DNA of 62,706 nucleotides, counting the filler, from Collodictyon triciliatum (lineage: Eukaryota): assembly GCA_043381765.1 (NCBI GenBank). It is 5 parts of 5 records of this genome, joined end to end, with 100 filler letters (N's around TTAATTAATTAA, not from the genome) between each part and the next. Parts side by side here need not be neighbours in the genome. Positions count along the whole stretch, not along the records: positions 30,721 to 57,575 come from JBHJMP010000943.1; positions 57,676 to 62,706 come from JBHJMP010000963.1; 3 more parts are not named here. One strand, written 5' to 3'. Numbering within the stretch: the stretch's first letter is position 1; every line of letters begins with the position of its first letter. The translations under genes and the position numbers were made by a program. The notes below the pieces were generated by a model. That model did not search any database and was not told the origin of the DNA. It saw nothing but the letters and a program-made list of their open reading frames with translations. Positions 52,721 through 62,706 of this stretch are shown piece by piece.

Positions 52721-54409
52721 TGAACAATTGTTCTCAGAGATCACCAGTCACCATATCAAAACGCTGTCCCGAGAAAGAAAAAGAAAGTTAGACAAGTTGC
52801 TTTTATTAATAATAAAGAAAAAAAAAGGCAAATAGAATAGAATATTCTGTTATGAAAGTTGGAAGAAAACTATGCGATGCTCATCATGCTGGGTGATGTG
52901 ATTCAAAAGGATGAGGACAGCAGACCACAAACAGAAGGGTGGTGCTGATCTCTTGTATACATCGCTCTCTTATGCTGCAGAAGGGGATATATTTGCGTAG
53001 TAGTCCCTATCAGAGTATAAAAAAAAAAAAAAACGAAGCTAATACGTTCTCTGGTCATGTTATCCCCGAGTGTGCTTCTTTGGTGGTGAACTAGAATCGA
53101 TGCGTTTAGATGCCCCACACCCGCCGCTTTCGATCTTTTTTTCTTCTTTTCTTCTTTTTCTTTTTCTTCTTTTTCTTCTTTTTCTTCTTTTTCTTTTATC
53201 ATGCATTAAAATCACATTTTACCCCTGCTTTAGCCCTGTAGTCCAATATATATCAACCTTCCGACGTAATATCTTTTCTCTATCCAAAAAAACATCGGTG
53301 AGTAAACCTCAGTTACATCTCGGCTTAGCCTTCAAAAGTCGGTTATTTCTCAGGTTGCAAAATATGAATCACCCCAACAACCCAATCTATATTTACACGG
53401 TAATCCTTATCGGTAGTTGGTTGTTAAGCTCTTGAAGATATACATTTGCCCCAGGACTTTTGTTCATCAATATTTTATAAAGACACTTTAATACCTCCTT
53501 TCAGGTTTAATAAAAAAAATTTTTTTTCATTCATTCGATTCAAAGTGCAATAAGGTTGTGGCATGCAAGGGGTGGGATAGGTGCGCATGGTAGAATAAGA
53601 ACGCGAATAAGAGACACTACTGTGAAGAAGCTAACACTGGAAAGAAATGAGCGACATTTCAGTTGTGATTGAACATACTCCATTTCATTCTATACGCAGA
53701 CGACAGGATACACCTTTTTTTTTTCCTGAGTGGAATTATATTCCATAAAACCCAACCCAGAATCTTCGACGTGAGCAAGTTATCTTTAACGTTTTTTTTG
53801 GTGAATTGCATTTTTCTCCGGTTTTTTTTTAATAGTAACGTGTCCCCTCTTTCTTTTACACAGTTATGAAGTATTCATAACGATTTTTTATTTGTAATTA
53901 GCTGATATATTGGCCACAAAGATAAATAACTTTTTTGCAGTATTCTTTGGTGTCGCTATAACGGCAACCATCTGCCTCGCTGGGTAAGAAAGAGAATAAA
54001 ATAATTCGCCAAAGGACTCATCCATGAACAGAAACTATGTTGTGAAGGTACTTAAAACAGTAATGTTCTGTTTCTTTTGTTAGAAAGTATTTTTCATTTG
54101 GGGGTTGGCATCGATTAAGCCTATTGATTATGTATTCAACACTCGCGGATAGACGTTTCCACCCAGTTGCTGTAGATTTTGTATAGATTGATGATTTATA
54201 AAATACACTGCCTTGAAGCATATCTACATCTGAAATTGAATTCTGGTATCAAAGTACTTGGCTATTCATTTTGCTGGGATATACATATGTAATATTAATT
54301 TTGGGGTTTTTTTCTGTTGCTTCCATAGGGTGGCTTATCATCTTAGCTGACTTAAAATATATCATGTTTTCTGTAAATTTTCGTCCTTAGCCCAAAAACA
54401 AAAACATAA

Positions 54410-54510
54410 ACATACATACATACATACATACATACATACATACATACATACATACATACATACATACATACATACATACATACATACATACATACATACA
54501 TACATACATA
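54410..54510. repeat. (CATA)n microsatellite
   Basis: Directly visible. Confidence 0.95.
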
Positions 54511-54736
54511 AAGAGTTTCAAGCCAGGATAGGTGGTTTTATTCTTTTCCGTTGAAGCCTTCATGAGAGGGCAAGTCCAAAGTTTGAACTTTGCTCGTGGT
54601 TCTTTTTTTTCGCCTTTATTTGTTATTTTTTTTATGGTTTTTATGGTTTTTTATGTTTTTTTTTTGTTCGTGTGTTCATCTGGCTGTTTTGTGTAGAATG
54701 AAGGCATCAGGAAAAGAAACCAAGGGAACAGTTACT

Positions 54737-57179
54737 TTACTTCTTGATGAAGTAGACCTTTCCCTTTTGCAAGGCGCTGTTGTCAAACGGAGCGGAGACC
54801 AGAACACTGCTCCCCTCAACATCGACATCAAAGCCATACGCATCAGAGCCATCAGCAACTGGAGACTCCGCATAGTAGTATTCGCTCCAATCATTTCCAC
54901 TCTTTGTGAACAGATGCATCGAGCCTATGCGACGGGGGAAAAAAAATTGAGCTGTAGTAAAAGATAAAGATAATTGCAAAAAAGAAAAAACTAGTAGAAA
55001 TTGTGTCACAAACCCTTGATGTTGCAGGCTTGACCATTTACACAAGGCTTCGCTCCCACAGCAAGTCGGTCTCCATTCGTAGAAAAGCTGAAGCTGAATC
55101 CAAAGTGCTTCCCAGCAACGACAGTCTTTGGCTTGATTGTGGATGCAAACACATATTGACCATCGCCGTTCAGGTTGTAGCTCAGAATCGACCCGGCATT
55201 GGCGGCAGTGCTTCCATCATTCACAGCGGAAACATACAAGATGTTGGCATTAAACTCGATAGCCCATCCGAATCCTTGCTTGTTGGCATTAGTGATGGTC
55301 TGGGAAACCTCCCATTCTTCATATTTGAATTCATAGACAAACACAGCTTGGTCGGAAACTGTTTCGGGGTTGTTGGAGACCGCCAGTTTTGTTACGCTTC
55401 CAAGAGACACGGACTGGCCGAAGCGGTCATTCAGCTTTGGAGTCGGAGCAGTGATGGTGACCCTCATACCCCACTTTCCGTTGTCCTTCTTTTTGTAGAC
55501 GTGTGCACATCCAGCGTCTGTTACAGCTTCAGAGTGATCGTACACAGGCATTCCGATGGCTACGATGTTGTTGATGTTGGAGATGGCAGCACCGAGCTCA
55601 TAGTTCTTGGATGTCTTTCGATAGCGGATGATGGAATCCTTGACAAACTCGTCTTGTGCAGCGTTCCATGTGTAAAAAACCACAACACCGATTTCAGCGT
55701 TGATGTACTTTGACTTTGGCACAGATACAATCAAATAGTGCGCATTCAACAGTATGTTGTAGCCAAACAAGTTGTCTCGGTTGAGGAACGGATTCTTGAT
55801 TTTGTTGTGGCCAACCCATAGGCCAGAAGTTCCGCTCATCTTGTATGTAAGAATGAAGCCGCCATTGCACTTCTCAGGAGTGTTTGGCCTTATGCAGAAG
55901 GGCACTGAAATTACTGCGATGTCGTTATAAATCTCGACCTCGTATCCAAACATCTCTGACTTTCTCTTGTCATACCAATCAACAGGTCGAATTGCTGGAG
56001 ACTTTGAGCGAGACCTGGAGCGGGACTTTGATTTGGACTTTGAGCGAGTTTTGGATTTGGATTTGGAGCGGGATTTTGATTTGCTCATTGAGCGAGATGG
56101 AGGCGCCATTTCAGGTATACCCCAGATTTTGATTGTATAATCATAGCTTCCTGAAACAATATTGGACCCGTCAGGAGTAACAGCAACGCTGAACACCCAA
56201 TTGGTATGACCCGTCAGTGTGCGAATCAAACTTCCATCAGAAAGAAGCCAGATTTTGATTGTGTTATCCCAACTTCCAGAGACAATTTTTGAACCATCGG
56301 GAGTAATAGTAATACCTTTAACTTCATGAGTGTGATCCGTCAACGTGCGAATCAAACTTCCATCAGAAAGAACCCAGATTTTAATTTGTCTATCAGCACT
56401 TCCAGAAACAATTTTGGTGCCATCAGGGGTGACCGCAACTTTGTGAACACCACCAGTATGCCCCGTCAGTGTACGAATCAATGTTCCGTCTGAGAGATTC
56501 CATATTTTGATTGTATTATCATTACTTCCAGAGACGACTGTTAAGCCATTCGGAGTAAAGGTAACACTGTTGACAAAATCACTAGTATGACCAGTTAAAG
56601 TGCGAATCAAAGTTCCATCAGAAAAATTCCAAATTCTGATCGTAGGATCGGACCATCCACCTGTAGATGCTATTTTGGAGCCATCAGGAGTAACAGCAAC
56701 ACTGCAAGTGACACCACTCAAAGTGCGAATCAAAGTCCCATCAGAAAGATTCCAAATTTTGATGGTGTCACTGCTACCTGAGATTAATTTTAAACCATCG
56801 GGAGTAACAACAACGCTTTCAACATTACTAGTATGACCAGTCAGCGTGCGAATCAAAGTTCCATCCGATAGATTCCATACTCTTACTCTATTTTCAGATC
56901 TAGCACTTCCAGAAACAATTTTTGACCCGTCGGGAGTGATAGTAACACTTTCAATACCACAAGTATCACCAGCCCATGAGCGAATCAAGAAATCTTGGCC
57001 TTCGACTTGATAAACATGGCAGTAGATTATCAGTCCTAAAAATCGTTGTTGCTATTAATTTGCCTTTGATTAAAGGGAAAAAATATATCTTTCAACAATA
57101 AAATAAATTAAAAATATAAACAATATGTTTACTCACCCAGAGCGAAAATGGTTGCAGAATACTTTGAATGTAATCTCAT
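54737..57179 (-). CDS. Putative secreted protein: signal peptide + 7 WD40 repeats + Ser/Lys/Arg linker + 7 FG-GAP-like repeats (3 exons)
   Basis: Exon 1 (57179-57137) joins exon 2 (from 57035) to give MRLHSKYSATIFALGLIIYCHVYQVEG-QDF. Seven IRTLTGHT...TPDG.KIVSGS.D.TIKIW units follow, then the SKSKSRSK linker and seven FG.(S/A)V......v.aP units. The last exon ends GKVYFIKK*. Confidence 0.85.
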
Positions 57180-57675
57180 TCTATACATTAATGTGACAAA
57201 CATTAGAGTCTTGAACATAAAAGTAGATGATTGAGTTATATCATCCTATCATGTATAATTTCCAATTTTATTCTTGTTTAGGCACAGTGGAGTATTTTTT
57301 TTTGTCTCTACACAAAATGGTATCGTATATACGTATAATCGATAAACTATTAAATTATATAGCCTCGTATTACAAAACTGTTTAAATTAAGAAACTCTGA
57401 TTCAAACCATTTGAACTATAAGATGTTTTCTTATGTAATACGATCATTTCCTTAGATTTGATAGAGAATGGGGGGGGGGGGGGGAAAAAAACCAAAAAAA
57501 CCAAGAAAAAAAAAAAAAAGAAGAAAAAAAAAGGACCCCCAAAAACAATTTTTTTTTTTTTTTTTTTTTTTTTTTNNNNNNNNNNNNNNNNNNNNNNNNN
57601 NNNNNNNNNNNNNNNNNNNTTAATTAATTAANNNNNNNNNNNNNNNNNNNNNNNNNNNNNNNNNNNNNNNNNNNN

Positions 57676-60600
57676 GATATGGAATTTGCGAGCAATGGTA
57701 TGTATTATATATATTATAAGTATGTATGGTGATGTATGTAATTTGTATTAAGTATGTATGTATGTATGTATGTATGTATGTATGTATGTATGTATGTATG
57801 TATGTATGTATGTATGTATGTATGTATGTATGTATGTATGTATGTATGTATGTATGTATGTATGTATGTATGTATGTAGTATGCTAATGTATGTATGTCG
57901 TATGTATGTATGTAATGTAATGTATGTATGTATGGGTTATGTAATGTATTTATGAATATGATAGACGTTTGGTCATTGTTTTTTTTTTTTTTCAATTTTT
58001 ATCATTAGCCATATCCTAAAATTGTTTTCATAATCCGATCTTTCTCCTACTTTACTTAAGGGGATCGATGAGATTAAAGAAGGGCTTCAAATAACATTAC
58101 GGAGGCAGAGACCAGGTTAGGCCATGCCATTTATCCTGTTTTCAGACAAATGAAATAAAAAGAATTTAAGCAACTTGCATCTAGATAAGTATCTGTCAAA
58201 GCGTGTTGTAAAAGTCCTCCCTAAACTACTCAAGTGATACAACCAGTATGATATCTCTGAGGCTTTGGAGTGTTCATGCTCTCTTGTTGGATGGCTGTAG
58301 TATGATAAACATGATTTTTAAGCTTATCCTGTGCAAGCATCACAAATTCTTTATAATAATTCTTGTGTCCCAGCCTTTTCCGTCCAGCTTCGAGTTTTAC
58401 AGAGGTATCATCTGGGTTGGAACCTTTTTTCCCCCATCGTTGTTTCTAAAAGCAGCAGGACAGCGAACTGCAAAAACGTCGTGAAAAAGGCTGTTGACTC
58501 GGTTGTCGCTGGCGAAGCAACAACCAAAGTATTGCATATGGAAACACAATTAAATTGGCCTGATATAGTACTACCTAAGGTGATATATAATGCCCTTTAG
58601 AATATTTTTCAGGTGCTTTGTTTTCGCCCTTCATACGACAACTCTGCAAAAATCCAAATCAAAGATAATCACAAGGTCTATTCATACACTGTTCATTTTT
58701 CCTCTGATGATATTTATTGCCTCTCATGAAATGTGGTGATGGATATCCATAGTCTGTGATCGCTTTATTATTCCTTTCTAGTATCCTGAATTTTAGCAAG
58801 TTTTGAAATTTTAAGTTAAGAATACTGAATACTCACATGTCAATGTTTTGAACTGGTACCGATGAGTTCTACGGAGCCAGAATGATTGTTTGTTTAGAGC
58901 ACCTGTTGAGAAAGGTGAAAGTTATCCAAAGATAGGTGGTTCGACTAATCCAAGTATGGACGCTTCATAGCAAACTGCTAGAAGTGGCTATTTTCCTCCT
59001 CTGTCGCCTTATTACATATGTCCGGACTTAAATTATATACGAACATAGAACGTTATGGCAGTTGGTGCTCCGTCAATTGTCCCATTCTTCGAAGAAATAA
59101 GGTCATCGGCAAATGAACGGTGAGACATGGGGGATATCCAGAAAGGACTGTCTATAGTTAATTCGATGCTGGACGTTACTCTTCTTTCTTTCTTTTGTTT
59201 CAAATACAGACTCTGTGAGAATGCAATCTAAATGGATGGTTTCACAATTATTTTTTTCCTGAAAGGTCAGTCGCGGAGCCTATATGTACAACGTTGGGGA
59301 TGCCAAATTGGCAGCCCTTCTTGAAGGACCAAACACCAGCAAACTATTTTCTTTCTGTAATTTCATGAAATCGAATACGCCCCGCCAAAAATGTTTTCGC
59401 CGAAAATATATTTTTTCTTTGAATATTACCGACACTCCAGCGTAATTGAGCCAAAATATTATAATCTTAGGCCTTAGAGTCGTTTTAACGAAAGAAAGGC
59501 GGGAAGCGGAAAATCACACTGATGGTATATATGAGAATGGAGTGCAATCCCAACTTTTCCCCCTCCATTTTAACATTTTGATTATTCATAATTGTTATCG
59601 CCAGACGTCAATTTTGCTGAGATGGAGGATTGCTATGAAGTCCTTCTCAACGGAACACCGAAGGCTCAAATGAAGTTAATTAATCTCATTTGTTAACATA
59701 TCCAAGTCCGGTAAGACATCGGAAGGTTGGTTTTTCTTTTAAAAAAATAATAAAAAGGAAGTATTTTACGCACTTCAGATTCATCAAGAAAGCCTCCACA
59801 CAACCCTGAAAAAACCGAGCCTCTCTCCTGCAGAGGAAAATTCTCGTTTGAATACTGAAAACAAAAGTGACTTTGAAGTAAATGACGATGAAACAAGACC
59901 TCACTTTCAGGAACCAAACAGCTGCTTCATAAACGGCCAAAGTTCAAGACGTACGTGCAATTAGATATTGCATGGCAGTAAAATAGTTGTACTTTGTGCT
60001 GATTAGGTTTTCAGGCAGAACTATAATGTCATTTGTTCTTTGAGAGAATTGTATCCACGCATATTCCTCACAGAGAACAATATCATCATAAAACAGTCCA
60101 TTTAGTTTATTTAAATCACAAATACTGTTTTTAAGAACAGAAAAGATGATTACTGATGAAAGTGAGGATGCAGGATGATGAGGTCGCCCAGCATATATTA
60201 TCAACGATCAAGCTGATTCCAAACCGAGAACAAATACGGAGGTTACAAGCGCAATCGAGGGTGTTATCATCAATATTATTACTATTCTCCTTTTCTTTTT
60301 CCTTTTTGTTCTTTTTTCTTTTTCTCTTGTTTCTTTTCTTTTTCTTCTTTCTTTTCTGCATAAGTAATGACTGAACAATCTTTTCCACTTTCATCTCATG
60401 CGTTCCCGGGATTACTTCAGGTGAATCCTGAGGAATGCACCAACCCAGTAGGTTCAGTATTGCCTACGGAACAGGTGCAAATGTTGGATATGGGCCTGGA
60501 CAGAATTCACGATCCGTCGGTTGCTGACAAATTCCCAGAGGCCATCGCGCCTTCTTCCAACCAAAAGCTTCCACCATTAGACCAGTGTGTATTCATTTGC

Positions 60601-60921
60601 GCCATTGAGCATATATATAAATCTACTATCACCACAAGCATGGTGCCATAATAGACAATGCATTCCTCTTGTTAGGCATTTACTTCTTTTTTTCCTTCTT
60701 TTCAACTTTGTGCCAACATAATGGGCACTTTTTTTTCTTCTTTAAGCTTCCTGTTTCCCTTTTGATATTGTTATAATATATTGTCCGCAGGTTTTCTATA
60801 GCCGATGATTAATGAACACAATTTACTAAACTTGCATTTAGCGCCAATTATGACTCTCAGCGACGAACCAGATGCGACGAAGATGCCTCTGAAAAGTCCT
60901 GGTCCGATACTTGTTGCCTGA
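57676..60921 (+). CDS. Hypothetical multi-exon protein, function unknown; 5' end in or beyond the gap
   Basis: A series of AG/GT-bounded open segments, several phase-compatible: GIDEIKEGLQITLRRQRP|AFSVQLRVLQRY...EATTK|VLCFRPSYDN..., VSRGAYMYNVG...|CLRVVLTKERR...|DVNFAEMEDC..., DDEVAQHILSTIK...|VNPEECTNP...|DEPDATKMPLKSPGPILVA*. No family recognised, and some junctions are unresolved. Confidence 0.45.
57752..57932. repeat. (GTAT)n microsatellite
   Basis: Directly visible. Confidence 0.95.
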
Positions 60922-61806
60922 GAATGCAGCTTTACATTCAGATATTCCCTCTGCCAAAGATGTTCTCAGTTGCTGAATTAAAGTTGTGTGTGTCTGTGTG
61001 GTCCAGTTTCTTGTCCCTTGTGTCCACGCGATCATCCTGAAATATAATGCGGACAGAGCTGGATAAAATCACAGACAAATTTGAATGACCCTATGATGAC
61101 AGAATGTCCCCGAATGCCAGAGGGTTATCTCATCTTTAGACTGGAAACCTGTGATGAATGTATTTTTGGGATGAGTTGTTTCAAACCACTCGTTATATGC
61201 ATTATCACAGAGCAAGTTAGTCGATACTGAATCGGTATATTTCTCTCTGCGCGCTGACTGAGATTCCTTTGCTGGATATTCATTTGTTGGATCTTGCGAA
61301 AAAGAAGGTTTTGCATGGAAAAGTATTTATGTGCATAACTCTGGATTTATTCGCTGCGGATAGGGGGGGCGCACGATTATATTATTATTATTAATTTGAT
61401 GCGACATGATGTTAGAACACATATATTAAAGCTGCTTACGAAAATCAAAGTCGCAAACAAAAGGATAAGTACAATTCGAATGCCAACATTGTCCTTGCGG
61501 TGGTTGCTTCTAATTTGATGAAGGTTTCACACGCCGAAATGCAAACGTAAGAAAGTGGATGATTCATTGCAATGCCCAACCTGGTATCAACCATTTGACA
61601 CGCAGCTCTCATCTCTTTTATTTTATTTACCTAATATAACCTGGACCGTGAGTTTTTATCCTTTCCTTTGGAATGATTCACACGCTTCATCACATTCTCC
61701 TTTCCTTGCCATCCAAGACGACAGAGCCACTCCATCAGTGATGACAACACCACAAACCAACAAACCCAAGGCGCAGAACTAAAGAATCATATACACGCAC
61801 ACACAG

Positions 61807-62380
61807 CCCTTCCAGCACCCAAACGACGTGGCCTGTCCGCTGTGTCACGGCATCGTCCAGAATGATGGAGGGAGAAAGCACTTGATGGCTGCCCCGGGCT
61901 GCCCAAGAATCCGGGACGGTTTGTATCCGAATTCCAGGTCCCAGTCATGTCGATAGCCCGCGTCATAGGCGATAATGGATGAATAGCCCAATCAATCAAT
62001 CAATCAATCAATCAATCCATCAATCAATCAATCAATCATCAAATAACCAACCGATCCATTTCATTCATTTGAACTGATTATTGATTACAAGCCATAACCC
62101 CCATCCGCACTAAATGTCCCTTGTTGCCTACAAACATGTGAAACTCTGTAGAAAAAGATGAAGATAGACTATGAAGAGGCCAAATTAAAGTCCGTTGTGA
62201 TTGTGAGTGTGTTTCATCACAACCTGTCCCCCTTTTCTTCTTCTTTTTCTTTCCCCTCTCTCTTTCAACTCTGTATGGGAACCATATCACCACAGACTGA
62301 TAACAACAATTCTAGGCAAAGCCGCTGACGGTCAGTTCTGCCTCCAACCGTGCTGGGCCGACGGTAAAGTCTGCTCGCAA
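61807..62380 (+). CDS. Two putative exons of a Cys-rich hypothetical protein (partial)
   Basis: CAG|PFQHPNDVACPLCHGIVQNDGGRKHLMAAPGCPRIRD G|GT...TAG|GKAADGQFCLQPCWADGKVCSQ|GTAAG. The phases are compatible and the exons are GC-richer than their flanks. Confidence 0.4.
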
Positions 62381-62706
62381 GTAAGAGGCATCACGCCACA
62401 GGAGTTCTCTGGACGAATGCAGCGAAAGCGGGAACGCACATCCGACGAGATTATATCTCAACAAGTAAATCCCGCAACAAAAGTCACACGAGGAGAAAGA
62501 ATGAGGAAGAAAAAAAAAAAAGAAAGGGATATCTCTATCTTTTTCCTTTTTTTTTTTTGCTTGTTTGTTCCCACCTTCTCCAACCCTATCCTTTTGTCTC
62601 TTGTGTTACATAATAAATGATTGGACTCATCGGCTGTCGGCTCGGTGCTGGTCGTGCACGTTGTGTAATTTTCCTCTGCCTAGTCCAAGTGCTTACTCTA
62701 ATCCGT

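Noticed and set aside
52880-54300. Scattered possible exons between the resolvase and WD40/FG-GAP genes; similarly 18591-20300
   Set aside because: I could not build a phase-consistent model or recognise a motif, so these are left unannotated.

Overview
Intron-rich eukaryotic genomic scaffold, most likely from a flagellated unicellular eukaryote. The species cannot be identified from sequence alone. It has AT-rich, microsatellite-filled introns, six N gaps and artificial TTAATTAATTAA linkers. I spliced exons by hand and recovered about 13 genes, most of which the ORF track shows only in pieces. In order: a TVP38/TMEM64-like 3' exon, a conserved uncharacterised beta-propeller gene, a BRI3/LITAF-like gene, a full TEP1 homologue (TROVE-DUF4062-NACHT-WD40), a STAT-like SH2 protein, a SAM/repeat/membrane protein, Rab geranylgeranyltransferase alpha, TMEM33/Pom33, an EF-hand+WD40 (WDR49/WDR64/EFCAB8-like) gene, a full-length CatSper-epsilon-like gene, an intron-bearing RuvC/A22/Ydc2-type Holliday junction resolvase, a secreted WD40+FG-GAP double-propeller protein, and two low-confidence hypothetical genes. 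Mobile DNA comprises a chromovirus-type integrase/chromodomain fragment and two copies of a ~55-bp poly(A)-tailed retroposon, each with its own 17-bp target-site duplication. The most notable items are the CatSper-epsilon-like gene in an apparently non-animal genome, a clear AT-AC (U12-type) intron, the micro-retroposon pair, the secreted WD40 protein with variable top-face positions, and the virus-like resolvase. All family assignments rest on remembered motifs, not database searches, and exon boundaries are manual predictions.
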